Below, piece by piece: positions 1 through 12,800 of a stretch of 64,000 nucleotides of DNA. Both the position numbers and the translations under genes were made by a program. The DNA is from Phyllosticta citribraziliensis (Eukaryota): contig NW_027117340.1 in the NCBI RefSeq assembly GCF_038025025.1, positions 558,001-622,000 on the forward strand. Reading direction: 5' to 3'. Within the stretch, counting starts at the first letter, position 1. Each line of letters begins with the position of its first letter. The notes under the pieces are model-generated. The model was not told the DNA's origin. It did not search any database and saw nothing but the letters and a program-made list of their open reading frames with translations.

Positions 1-329
1 CCTCGTTGACGACGTAGAGCTCATTGCTGATGGCGGCAGCGCCGAGACCGGCGCTGGCAGAGAGGATGGCGGCCTTGGAGGCGATCGAGTTGCCCGGCAG
101 CGAGTCAATGATGGACTGGGCCTTCTTCTTGGGCTCCTCCGAGGGCACATTGGACGAGGCGCGGGACGAGACGACTGCGGGAACAGCAGCGCGGACAGGC
201 ACGGTAGGGCGGAGCCGGGCAGCGCCTGCGTCAACGTCAGTCAAGTGTTGCGATGCCAATTGCGGTCGATCCGGGGGGCAGAATCGGCGCTGGCATACCA
301 AAGGCACCCCTTGCAAGACGAGAAGCCAT
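1..329 (-). CDS. ATP4: Mitochondrial ATP synthase subunit b (subunit 4), 5' part; runs off the window
   Basis: ATG at 329, exon 329-299, GTATG..CAG intron 298-226. The spliced product reads MASRLARGAFGAARLRPTVPVR...EEPKKKAQSIIDSLPGNSIASKAAILSASAGLGAAAISNELYVVNE: an Arg-rich presequence followed by the typical fungal Atp4 N-terminus. Confidence 0.9.
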
Positions 330-548
330 TGTTGGTGATGTGGGAGTGGAGAGGATGAGGCTCTTGAATCTTGCCGTGAGGAGCTTCGGGTACGCTGTTG
401 CAAACCTGAGGTGACTGCTTGGCGTTGTCGGCGCCGATTGGTCCGAGTGCCCGTCCGGGACTCTGTGCTGCTTGACATTTTTCTGGGACGGCGCCTGCTC
501 GACAAACACCTCGCTCACGACCGCTCCAGGACCGCGCTTCGATTGAAA

Positions 549-2321
549 ATGTCCTTGGCCTCTCCAGACCCGCTCGCCGGCCACAAGAGGAAAAGAGACG
601 GCGAAAAGACCGCCGAGAAAACGAAGAAATCCAAGAGCAAATCGACCTCGACGACGGCCACCATCGCAAATGGCGACGACTTGGAAGCCCGCATTCTCGA
701 GCTCGAGGGCGACATCAGCCAATCGCGCCGCCACTACAACAACATAGTCGAGCTGATTACAATCGCCAAGGATATCGATGCAAAAAGGTCGCGTCAGGAC
801 GAGACGCCAAACCTGGCCATGCTCGCGCTGGTTCGCGTCTTCAGCAGGCTCTTGGCCACAGGGAACATGAAGAAGAGCAAGGGCTTGTCCGAATCAGAGC
901 TCATGATTGTACAGTGGCTGAGGAAAAGATATCAAGAATTCACAGACTACCTTGTGTCCCGTCTCAATTGCAACGATGCTCTTGAGAGCTTGTGTCTGCA
1001 CCTTGCCATGCGCTTGGTGAAGGGAGAGGTTCAGTCACAGGCAGGCCATGGCGATGATGCTTGGAAACAAGGCCTCTTCCGGAAGGTCGTGCGTGAGGCA
1101 TTGTCTTGCGACGAGTGGATAACAATGGACGAGTTCCGGGAAAAGTTCGCTAACGAGTACACCGACGTGAGATTTTATACTCTACAAGCGATCTCGTAAG
1201 TTTGCTGCCTGTACGTTGGACTGTAAGCTGACTGTCACAGTTCGATATTGAAAGAACCACCATCACCTGCCGAGCAGGAGGTTTTGGTGAGCAACAGCCT
1301 TCAATACCTCCTCTTGATCGGAGAACTACCTGGAGACGAGAAGTTCTTTGGTGATTTCTTCGGCCCGGAACCCGAACAACCCAAGCACGCATTGAAATCC
1401 CTATCCGCGCACAAGAGACAAGGACAGGATGCCTGGCTAGCACTGCTGAGATCCGGGCTGGACGCAGATCAGCGCAAGAGGGTGCTCGGCAGCATGACCG
1501 GTTGGGTCGTTCCTTGGTTCCTCAAGGTCGAACTGTTGATGGACTTTTTGACCGACTCTTACAACGTGGGCGGTGGTACTTCTCTCCTGGCTCTTGCAGG
1601 ACTCTTCCACTTGATGAAGGAGAAGAACTTGGATTACCCTTCGTTTTACCAGAAGCTCTACTCGCTCCTCGACGACGGGCTGTTGAATTCCAAATACCGC
1701 TCACGCTTCTTCCGCCTTCTGGACGAGTTCATGTCTTCGACCCATCTTCCTGCTGCGCTTGTGGCTAGTTTCATCAAACGCCTCTCCCGGCTGGCACTCC
1801 ACGCTCCCCCTGCCGGCATCGTCGTGGTCGTCCCATGGGTGTACAACATGCTGAAAAGGCACCCGGCGTGTACCTTTATGATTCACCGAGAGGTCCGAGA
1901 CCCACAAGCGCGGGAGGAGCTGGAGGAGAGGGGAATGAACGACCCATTCGACATGGAGGAGCAGGACCCAATGGAGACTGATGCGATTGAAAGCAGCCTT
2001 TGGGAAATAGAGACCCTGCAGTCTCACTACCATCCGAACGTGGCTACGCTCGCCAAGATCATTTCGGAGCAATTTACCAAGCAATCCTACAACCTCGAGG
2101 ATTTCTTGGACCACTCATACAATGGCGTAAGTTTGATGGAAGCCCGAGGTGGAATGTGCGCTAATATTTCCCAGTTGATTGAAGCCGAGCTCGGAAAAGA
2201 ACAGCTGAAGAAGACTCCAGTGGTGGAGTACGAGATTCCCAAGAGGATATTCACAGCGGAAGAGGGTGGACTGGCACCGCTGGGTGCATTGATGATGCAG
2301 GTGATGGAAGGTGGAGATTGA
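549..2321 (+). CDS. NOC4: Nucleolar complex protein 4 (CBF/Mak21 domain), 40S biogenesis
   Basis: ORFs 411-1199 and 1248-2321 are joined by intron 1196-1240, with an in-frame intron at 2127-2174. Motifs LMDFLTDSYNVGG, LDYPSFYQKLYSLLD, THLPAALVASFIKRLSRL and SSLWEIETLQSHYHPNVATLAKI are characteristic of Noc4. Confidence 0.92.
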
Positions 2322-2701
2322 ATACCATGATTTACAAGTTTGATATCCGAGAGACAGAATTTTTAGCTTCCTGCAAAAAGAGCATTTCAATTTGAACATG
2401 ACGAACCAAATGACATCCGGATGCTCCTATTGACCTAAGGAATCCTTCAAACCATCCATGTGCTCCAATCATGTGGCCAGAATCCAAATCCGGCAGGCGC
2501 AAGGCTGTCCCCATCACGTGCCAGTGATCAACCACACCCGCTCACCGCCTTCAGTAGTTACCAAGCACGCGGCGCCCGATTGTCTTTCATCATCCGCTTC
2601 CCTACAACCGCCAACGCAACCAAGTCGCCACTGCACACCCTTTCAACCTTCGACCTCATTCTTCCTGTTGCGCACGCTTCACGAAAGCAAAGGACCACGT
2701 C

Positions 2702-4340
2702 ATGTCAGAAGATCGAGAGTTACAGGCCAAAATCGCCGCACTTTCCGGTACTGCGCAATCAGCGGCTATGAAGATGCGCTCCACTGACTGTTTCATAGGC
2801 AAAATCAATCTTGCCAAACAGCGCGATCACACCAGTCACGGTCAGCAGACGCAGTACGGTATGCGCTACCCGCGACTGCCCATCTCTTCTGCCTGTGTCA
2901 CTGACGTCCAACGAGGATATGGCCGCGGGAGCGCAAACTGGACGCCGCATCGGGGCACTCCCTATGGTGCACCTCGCGGTCGCGGAGGCAAGATGTTTAA
3001 CAACCGCACTCTGGTATTGAATAGCTCCGCCTCAAGAACCAACTCTCCAGTATCCGCAGCCACGCCCACCGAAGGAACGCCAACAAGTGAGATCACGCCC
3101 TCTCCGCGGGGAGATGGAAACGGATGGGTTGTCAAGCGCGACCGACACATGCAACTCATCAACCCGGCCATCTACGACAAAGTTGCGCAACAGCGGGCCA
3201 AGGACATGGAACAAACGGCTGAACAGCGCCGCCAGCAGCGGAGCCTTCGAGAGAGGGCCAAGCTCAACAAACATTTTCAAGCAGCGGCTTTGCCTGTGTC
3301 GGCAAACACTAGTGTCCACAACCCTCCCGCGACTTCGCAATCATACGAAATCGACGTGGAGGGCGTTCGCTTCCGTGTTGCCGACGGTGGCAGCAAGCTC
3401 ATCCGAGTTTCCAGTAAGTGGGACAAAGATCGTGCCCTGCAGAACAAATCTAAAAACCCAGCAGACGACCCCATTACTGCCCGTGTGACCCCCAAACACG
3501 CAAAGATAGGCGGCGTCACTTTTCTGCGGAGTAAAAATGGGAATCTCTACCGCGCCGGCATTGTCAAGACGAGACAGTAAGTGGAGCAGCAACCCCTTCT
3601 GGCATTGGCAGGCTGACATCACGACAGGACAAAACCCGTTCAAAAAATTAGCGAACCTTGCCCGAGGTTCACTACCACCGGTTGGCCTCTTCCCTCCCGT
3701 CCAAAGGATACAGACGGCGCCCTGCGCCAAGGGATCCGGTTTGTACGCCCTGTTCTCAAGCTGACGATGTGTTCCAGGTACCTGTTCCAAAGGACCGCAG
3801 TGCCGGTATCTGCATGATCCCCACAAAGTTGACATCTGCAAGGACTTTCTGCTCAGAAACAATTGTCCCTTGGGCGACGCCTGTGACCTTTCACACGAGC
3901 CAAGCCCGCACCGCGTCCCAGCATGCCTGCACTTTCTCCGCGGCAACTGCACCAACGACGACTGTCGTTATGCCCACATCCGAGTCAACCCCTCGGCGCC
4001 CGTTTGCCGTGCCTTTGGCACCATTGGATATTGCGAGAAAGGACCGGAGTGCACTGAACGCCATGTATTTGAGTGCCCTGACTATGCTAACCACGCAGTT
4101 TGTCGAAACCCCAAATGCCGCTTGCCACACGTGGACAGGGCGGGGCAGATTCGCAAGGCAGCCAGCGCTCAGAACGGCGCAGTTGACAGCGTCGACATGG
4201 ACATTTCCAGCGACGATGATGAGCAGATAAACAGCGACGACGTGGACTCTGATGCCGAGATTGAAGAGGAAATCATCATGACCGAGGCCAACGACCAAGG
4301 GCACGAGGTCTCTCGGCAACAAGACTTTATTGGCTTTTGA
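2702..4340 (+). CDS. Multi-CCCH zinc-finger RNA-binding protein (ZC3H3/Red5-like), several introns
   Basis: ORFs 2702-3580 and 3870-4340 with short GT-AG introns between them. Tandem CCCH fingers (CLHFLRGNCTNDDCRYAH, CRAFGTIGYCEKGPECTERH, CPDYANHAVCRNPKCRLPH) and an acidic tail. Exon boundaries in the middle are approximate. Confidence 0.8.
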
Positions 4341-5305
4341 GCCATGAGCGTAAGTTTGCCGCAGCCCATCAGCGGTACTGAGCACAGTCGCCTTGAGGAC
4401 GAGAGGCCAAGATGGAAGGCTCCAGACGTGGTCTTCGCTCTTGAGCCGGGTTTGTTTGCAAGGCTGAAAAGGGGAGTTGGATCCCAAGGCATAGATACCC
4501 AACAGAACAAGGTCGTTGTATTTTAGACAAGAAGGAAAAATGGAAAGAATGAACAATTGACCTTGTGGTACCTTGGATGCGTGATGACGAACGAGACAAG
4601 GAAATCCACGTCCGCCGACGAGACACAAGACCCAGGATGTGGCGGCAACGTTGACACACGTGGCTTTGAAACTACGTTTCCTTGCAGTAGCTGATGGCCA
4701 TGTTTCGCCGTCTCTGGAGGCCTGAGGCATGACATCAAAAGAAACTAACTCTGAGAGCGCGATCCAGCTCCGCCGATCAGTGGGAGCACCGATTTTGCGG
4801 GGAAGGTCGATCACCCGCGGGAGTTGATGAGCCAAATCAAAGGCAGCTTTTTTTGGTATCCTCCAGGAAGTCTGTTGGTTGCGTCGCACTTTGCAGAGCC
4901 GTTGGCGCCGTGTCGCCGCAATAAGGCAAGCCAGCCCAGGCTGAGGCGAGAGACCTGGGCCCCACGATTCATTTGGAGGCAGCACGCAGGGCAGGCCAGG
5001 GCAGGCAATACCGTACCGTAGGCGCTGAGCCACTGCCTGCTCCCATATTTACCTGGCCGTCGTCTTTCCTGAGCTGTTTTCGGTCTTGCCAATGTTTTCG
5101 GCCCCTTTGGCCCTCTTGTCAGAGTCGCGCACGCACAAACGCTACAAGGTCAACCTGCGCGTCAGATGAGATTCTTTGTACCGCCGCTGCGCCCACTACC
5201 TTAGACACCGGTGACTGCACTAGAAAAAGCTGCCAATTCTTGCTGCTGCGCTTACCGTGCTGAACCCTTCGCCCGACTCTGCTCTTTTTTGACGCTGGCT
5301 GCGAA

Positions 5306-7772
5306 ATGACGCTGAAAGATCTGCTCAGGAAAAAGGACAGGATGAGGGCCGACGACACGGTGCCGAGCCATCACGGCCTCGCCCCTCCCGGTCCCCCTGA
5401 AGTCACCATAATCCGGACAACCACAACCATGCAAGAGCGAATTTCTCCGCCATCCTATCCGGGAGACGACGAGAAGTCTCCCAGACTGCTATCGATCCCG
5501 GGCAAGCAGAATGAGAATCAGAGGCGCCTCTCGATATTCCGCCGGCCGTCCCAGCTGGCGCCAGATGGACGCGGCGCCGCCCGCAACGACAAACGCTTGT
5601 CAGAACGCCTGCACTTGTCCCGGCCGCGCGCCAATTCGAGCCTCGTGAACCTGCCGTCGAATCTGCCCGCCATAAGCGTCGAGGTTGCCAGGAGCACAGA
5701 GGAACAAGCCGAGTGGGAGCAGCGCGCGACGGCTCTCGCCAGAGGGACCTTGATCAGCAAGGGAGATGGACTTGGCCGCGAAACCGCGCGCAGCCCAAGT
5801 CCCAGCGTCAGCGACGAGCCTGGTGACGTACGTGTGGAATTCTTGTCGGCCGCAGACGGGCATTGAATGCTGAAAGAAATCTCGATTTAGAACAACATCC
5901 AGGAAGCCATCAGGCTCCATGAATCCGGAGGTCAGCGCAGTAAGTCACACGCGAGCTTCACGCGATCGAGTACCGGGGCATTTCTGATGGCTTGCGCAGA
6001 TTTGGAAAGGTCGACCGAAATGTTTAGCAAGCTGGCAAATCCCAACGGAGCCAACAACGCCCTGAGCCAAGTGCTATATGGCCTGGCATTAAGGTGAATT
6101 TTCTCTTGGGATTCAACGCCTCTACATGTTCCCAGCTGACGCGGATGCAGACATGGCTGGGGTTGTCAGCCGAATCAGGAGCTGGCCGTGACCTATCTCT
6201 CTTACGCCGCAGCGAACAGCGCCGAGATAGAGTCTCTGGCCCTGGCTGCGGGCATGAAAAAGGGTGGTGCAGCCAAAGGCGAACTGGTGCTGGCCATGTT
6301 TGAGCTCGCCAACAGCTTCCGCCACGGCTGGGGGGTCAAGAAGGACCCGGCGGCCGCACGACAATACTACGAGACGGCAGCGAACCTGGGAGATACGGAC
6401 GCCATGAACGAGGTGGCATGGTGCTATCTGGACGGATTCGGCGGCAAGAAGGACAAGGTAAGAGATCTGAATCTGGGCAACCGTCTGCTGCACGGCGCCA
6501 CAGCATCCCATTTGGCACAAGAGGCCTGCCCCAACGCCGCAACAGCCTCACTTTTTGGGCAGCAATGGAAGACTAACTTCGCTCATGCGCATCAGTTCAA
6601 AGCGGCGCAGTTCCTCCGCCTCGCCGAAGAGAAGGGAAACAAGACGATTGGCAATTCATGGTAAGCGAACATTCCTCGTCCTCCGAACCCTGCGCCCCGT
6701 CGTCTGCTTTCCTGGATGCCCGCCTGCACCGCCTGCTCGTGCCTGCGCCTCTCCTGGGGCACGCGTCTCGTGTCGAGTCTCGACCGCAATGGATGCAGTT
6801 GAGTGGTTGTCGAGCTGGGTACCGTCATCCAGGCGTCCGAAAAGGCACGTCGGCCGTTCGAAAACGGTGGTGCAAACCCGGTTGCGGCTCGATCCTGGCC
6901 GTCGCCGTCACGGATGGGCGTGTTCATGGCACATGGACTGGCTGACGTGCGTCGGTTGGTCGAGCGGCTACGAGTCGGTTACGCAGCGGCAGCGGGAAGA
7001 GGGCGAGGGGAAAGGCACGGGTCGGCCCCCACCTAGCCGTCCCCGTCCCAGAGACCTAGCAAGCAACACCCCTCTGTGCCTCTGCTACGCACACACGTGG
7101 CAGTGCAGCTGCTAGCTCTGTCCCGGCGCTGTGGATGCCTTCTGCCCCTGGGTCGCCCTCTCTTCTCGCTTGTCCACTTCGCAACCGTCGTTCTGGATGG
7201 CCGTGACGACTTTGCATCGTCGACTGCAGCTTGCGCCGGCCGCTGAATCGTTGGGAGACGATCGCCCTCAATCTGCACCTCTCCTATCTCCTGCTGTTGC
7301 GTTTCTGGCCGTTTTCTGCCGGTCTCGCCTCTCGATTCCACGATCTACCTCTCACCTGCCGGCCTCGTCAACCCTTTTTCGGCCTTTGCCGGGTCTGGTC
7401 AGGGAGAGAGATCAAGCCAAGAGCCTGGGTTCGAGAGCAAGCAGTCTGCTCCGCGGGTCGGCCATGACCATCACGTCTCTGGCTTCCCTCCCTGTCTTCT
7501 GCCTCTTATCCCGGCCATTTTGCATAATGGTTTCAGTCAAGACGTGGACGGCAAGGACGGGCAGGAAGCAAAGACGCAGAAAATTTTTCTCGGCCATGGC
7601 TGCTCCATCGTGGATCCCGCACCAGTCAATGTCGCCGTGGTCGTCACGTCTGACAAGCCATCTTCATGCACCCAGCCTGCATCTTCTCGTTCGCGTTACA
7701 CCAGATAGGATCTTACTAACGTGCTTGTTTTTTTTTTTCAGGATCTGGAAGGACAAATACAATCCCAAGTGA
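5306..7772 (+). CDS. Sel1-like repeat protein (DSF2-like)
   Basis: Exons ~5306-5827, 5891-5930, ~6000-6093, ~6150-6457, 6596-6660 and 7742-7772. Sel1 motifs ELANSFRHGWGVKKDPAAARQYYETAANLGDTDAMNEVAWCYLDGFGGKKDK; spliced C-terminus GNSWIWKDKYNPK*. Confidence 0.8.
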
Positions 7773-8221
7773 CGGGCCAATCAACCAGCCAACCACAAGA
7801 CGAGAGAGACAACAAATCGGAACCATTTTCCCCCCTCATGCCCAACTCGACTCGACCCAAACCCCTCATTGCCTCGCGCCCGTCCGCCTCACTCATCGTC
7901 TCATCCCTGATCGCCTGACTTTTCCGACTGGCAATGCAATTGGCACGCCAGAATCGGCATGAAGAACGGCACAGTTTCTTTGCATCCGCAGGCTTGGTCT
8001 CGCTGCCTAATCAACCCCTTTGGCATCGACCGTAGGAGTCACCTGTCCTGTCTCTCCACCTCCGATTCCTACACCCATTCATACGTACATATTCTTTTCT
8101 ATACTCTCCTGAGCATTATATCCCTTTCTCACTGTCTCTCAAACGTCCATCCATCCATCGTCCGCTCGCTCCTTGCAATCCATCTGTCCTCGTCGCTCGT
8201 CGGGCTGGCGCAGGGCCCCCG

Positions 8222-8507
8222 CCTGCCTGCCTGCCTACCTGCCTGCCTGCCTTGCCTGCGCGTGTGTTGGTTGGCTTCCTCCATCTCACCCGTGCTTTGA
8301 GTGCCTCTCTGCATGTCTGTCCAACCGGCACTGCACCCGCGCTTCCCCTACATGTCCTCCTGCTATGCTCTGCGGCGTCATTTGCTGCGTCATTGGTTGG
8401 TTGGTTGGTTGGCGTCTTTTTCGCAAAGATTTGAGGCGCTTGTTGGCTTGGTGGGCTGCCTCACCTGTCTGTCTGCCTGACTGACTGACTGACTGACTGA
8501 CTGACTG
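8222..8507. repeat. Cluster of tetranucleotide microsatellites: (GCCT)n, (TTGG)n, (CTGA)7
   Basis: Directly visible tandem arrays at ~8222-8251, ~8393-8412 and ~8477-8507. Confidence 0.9.
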
Positions 8508-8724
8508 TGCGTCTCTCATGTCGGGCTTGTTGGGCTGGCAGGAGCGCGAACGAGCGAGCGAGGGTGGAGGTTGAACGGCGCTTGACGCATCGATTGGGCC
8601 GCAGTGGCGGCCGCGGCGGAGGACTCGACTCCACGGACAGACTGCTCTGGCGCTGTCCTGGCGTGTCGTGTAGCAGCAACTGTTCTGCTCACCAGCTTGC
8701 GCTTGTCGTGCTGCCCATTTACTC

Positions 8725-8766
<42 letters not shown>

Positions 8767-8793
8767 CTCCTCCTCCTCCTCCTTCTTCTTCTT
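8725..8793. repeat. Compound trinucleotide microsatellite (CTA)13(CTC)6(CTT)4
   Basis: Directly visible; it produces the spurious poly-Tyr, poly-Thr and poly-Val ORFs in the track. Confidence 0.95.
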
Positions 8794-9821
8794 CGCCTTG
8801 GAATTGGTTGGATAAAACACGGAGACTGCAGTGAAAAAGAAGACGTGCACACACACACATGTACGGAGCAAGCAAAAGCACAAGTTTCACATTGGGTTTC
8901 TGGGAAAAGTAGGGTCGATCGAGTGCTCGCTTGCTTGCTTATTCCTCTCCCTGTTGTAATTTATATCTATCCAGATATTTCTCCCGCTCGTGTCTTTTGT
9001 GTGCATGCGTAGGCCTAGCGTACCCGTATCTGAGTGTGGGTCCGTTTGAGACGACATTGAGGTGAGCTGGTGGCTGACTTGGCTGACTGGTTGATTAATG
9101 GAGTGGGATCGGATTGCAGTGTTGCACTTCCCCCCTCCACGCACATCTTCTTGCTAAAAGCTAAAGAACAAGAGACAGATGGAAGGAAATGAATGAGCAG
9201 TGAGGAGGAGCTTGTATCAAACAGGCCAGGAGGAAAACGACACCACTGTCTCATGCCAACGAATGAAAGCATGCAGGCGAATTATACGTGACAGATCAAT
9301 TTTCACCAGTGGAGTTTCTAGCTCCCTTCTCCCCTTTTGCCGCTGAAAGAAACGGGGAGGCCCATCATCAACGTTGGAAGCTAAGCATCTCGCATTCCTT
9401 CATTCTTCTTTCCTTCCTGTGCATACACCTAGCCCACCCACCTCCTCCACACCAGCTCGCTCACCACAGCTTTAGACAAGCACATACGCCGCAATACTTA
9501 CTCCGTCCATTCATTCCTCTCTCCAATGATGCTACCGTGCCACGGTACAAACGTACGCGGACAGCCAGCCAGCGATGTGGTCTGAGCAAGGAACGACACT
9601 GCAAGGACGACGGCAGCAGCAGTGCGGAGCAAAACGAAACGCCCGCCCGCGCGGCCTCCATTTATAGTGCAAACATTTTTGTCGATGTACTCAAGGATTC
9701 AGACGCTGCTACTGCTGCTGCTGCGAGCAGAGCACAACAGAGAAGGCCAGAGAAGAGGGAGGCCTAGCCAGCTCTGACCACCAAGACGCTTTGTTCCACC
9801 TCCGACTGCCCGGCACGGCAC

Positions 9822-9823
9822 GG

Positions 9824-9853
<30 letters not shown>
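9822..9853. repeat. (GGCA)n microsatellite
   Basis: ggcaggcaggcag... tandem array. Confidence 0.9.
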
Positions 9854-9857
<4 letters not shown>

Positions 9858-12800
9858 CCGCTCGGGCGGACGGACGCGGGTACGGGTGCTGTGCACATGT
9901 ATGTAGGCGAGGTTGACTGGCTACAATGTAGCTAGGTAGAAATGTAGCCGCTGGGACACACGCATACTTGCGGTGATTAGAAGCGAAAGAAGGGCAGGGA
10001 GGGGCCAAGGGTAGCTGGCCATTCTCCCTAAACGACAACGACGACGGCAGGGTCCAACGGCCCCGGCAGTATCAGGCACAAGAGGGTATAGAGCGAAGAA
10101 GAGGGAGGGAAAAGAGCAGCGTGTGAAGGATGAAAAGGGTTGCGGGCGCGCACGAGCGCTGTCCTTTGCTTTGCGCAGAGATGGGTCTGTCTGCGGTGCT
10201 CTGGTCTGGTTAGTAGTAGTAGTAGGGTGGCTTGCTCACTCGCTCTGATCAATGGCGTTGCCGTCATTGGTTGGTTGGTTGGTGGCGATGGCGGCGTTCT
10301 CGTGCTCTCTGTCTGCCTCCACATCTCGAACCCTCTCGATGCTCAGGCGCCTCAGGCAAGCAGATTGCCCGTCGATGAGGGGTCATGTCATGGTCATGGT
10401 CTGCGTGCAGTGCGGCCCCGTCTGAGTATCTTGCCTCAGCAGCAGCTGCGGCGGCGGCGGCGGCGGATGGCCGGCGCAGGAGATGGCCATGTCTCATGTG
10501 AGAGAGACAGTGCGGATGGAGGGACGGACGGACGGCGGCAAAGGCTTGTCATGCCTCCACAGCCTCCTCCTGTTGCTTACTCGGTATGTATCCACACTGT
10601 GGTGCTGCCACTGGCCGTGTGTCTACGCATGAAGATGGCAGCGTGGCAGGTGGAGGCCTGAGTGTGATGAGACCGGAGAGGGAGGGATAGAGAAGGAACG
10701 GGAAAGGGTAGCGAACATGTACGGACAGACAGACGGGCGTCATTAGACTTGTAAGCTTGCGGAGTTGGTCGGTTGTTTCGAGTCGAGAGAGTTGACCTTG
10801 CGTTCTCGGAATAGCAGATAGGCAGACGACCATTCTCCTCTCCCAGTCGTCGTTTTCTTCCCTGTCGACAAGGACGCCATCAAGGTGCCCTTTGACACTA
10901 CAAAACACATTAATGGTCAAGGGTGATAGGGCGCTGCTGACAGGACACACTGACCTATGGGCACGCCTGTTCGTTCCCCCTGCAAGATCTTCTCCATCTC
11001 GGCTGATGTCGACGCGAGCTAGGCCGGCAATCGCGTCACCCGTCTGACCTTTTCTCAAGCTTTTCCCAATCTTTAGGCCAGGCCAGGCAATGGATGGGCG
11101 AGGGAGGGCTCCATCATGCCCCTCTTGCCCCTACAACGTCCTCCATCCGGCCGCCGTCATCCCTATCAAGCTCCCCTCTCTCCACTCGGTACCCTCTCCG
11201 CACCCTCTTTTTTTTTGTCCTTTCTCTCTCGTCTTTCCCTTTTCTCTCTTCAACAAATGCCACACACGATGCCATCTCCAGAAATCGCCGACAGCAGGGC
11301 CTCCCGTCCCTTGCCGCATCCAACCATATCCCCGCCCCAACCGGGCCTGCCCTACCCTGCCCACACTCCAGAAGCAGCGCCTCTTCCGGACCACCTCATC
11401 GTGACTCCCTCACCGCCCATGCCGCCGCTCAGCTGCCCCCGTAGCCCCTCCCGGCTTCATGCTCCAGCAGCGCCCTTCTCAGCCCACATTGGGGGTTGTT
11501 GGTTCGTGACCTGGACCCGAAACCCTAGCTCCTTCGTCATGCCGAAAAGGATGGATCAGTCAGTCCGCACTGCTATCTACGTAGTATGTAATCCGTCAGC
11601 CTCACTCTTCCTTTCCTTGCCTAGCTACAAGTTGCGGAGCCAAGGCAACCAGCTAGATATGTAGCTATCTTGGTAGCTAGATGGGCCAATGGCCATCCGC
11701 CTCGATCCAGCGACGCTTTGACGGTCAGACGAGGCGCCGCAGCCCAGGACAGGGGCGGGCAGGCAGAGAATTCCTTCCTATCGTCGCGGGCATCACGCTT
11801 ACCCCGAGACGGATGGGTCGATTGACTGGGTGGGCGACGACAGTTTTCGAGAGAGGCTTTTGTGTCGGCAAGCAATGGAATCACCTGGTTCCTCCCGGCT
11901 CTCTCAGTTGCTCGCCTCAAGCCGGCACTGACTCGAACAGCCGACTCGACTCATGCGAACAGCTGGTCAGTGCCGAGCTGCTGCTCTTCTGCGGCTCCAT
12001 ATGGATGGCGTGGTTTGGCAGAGAGCGGGGCGGGGCAGACGGGCAGGCGGGTTTTGCACAACAAGTACGAACATGCCCGAGTGGGATTTTCTCTTCTTCT
12101 CTTCTCGCAACAATGGTGCCCGTTGGTCGCTCGCGCCAAGGCTCCGAGGATGCCCACCCATAGTTCCAACCTATAAGAATTGCGCCAACTCTGGTGCTCC
12201 GCGGGCGTCTAAGTAGGCAGGCAAAGCAGCGGCCATCCGGCACGGCCGGTGGCTATCCGCGGGCGAACAAGACGCAGCGGGCGCGCTGTGCTCTGGCAGC
12301 TCGGGGCGGTCGCGGGTCGGGGTTGGCCTCCGCTCCACAGCCGCGCGGGCCGCTGGTGGTCATTGTGGTGGTGGAGGACCGGAGGACCGTGGTGCCTGGT
12401 GGCCACCACGGGCACTGGCCAAGGTTTTTTCTTTTTTTTTTTTTTTTTTTCTTTCCTCTTCCTCGCCCTTGACGGAAAGCTCGTCTTCGTTCGTATCGGC
12501 CGCGGCGGAGCCGACAGGCAGCGAACGGACAGATCACGGATAGACGGACGGACTGGTGCTGTAGGGTGGATGGTGCTAGCAGGCAGTGTCGCTCGTTCAG
12601 GGGCGAGGGCCGACCTGGAGTCTGAGGAGCAGGCGGGCAGAGCAGTACGAAGAGAATAGGCGAGAGTTGGCGCTACTTTTCGTATGGATGGATGCTCTTG
12701 TCGAAGGGTGTGGGTGTGGGTAAGAGGGTCGCAGTGGAGAGAGGAGGGGAGGGGAGGGGGAAGTGCGGGCATCGAGGCTGCAAGCGGAGGGCAGTCAAGC

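Noticed and set aside
3891..5033. 380-aa minus-strand ORF
   Set aside because: Partly antisense to the CCCH gene, with no recognisable domain.
8286..8890. ORFs with poly-Tyr, poly-Thr, poly-Val and poly-Ser/Arg tracts
   Set aside because: They are translations of the compound CTA/CTC/CTT microsatellite, with no domain signal.
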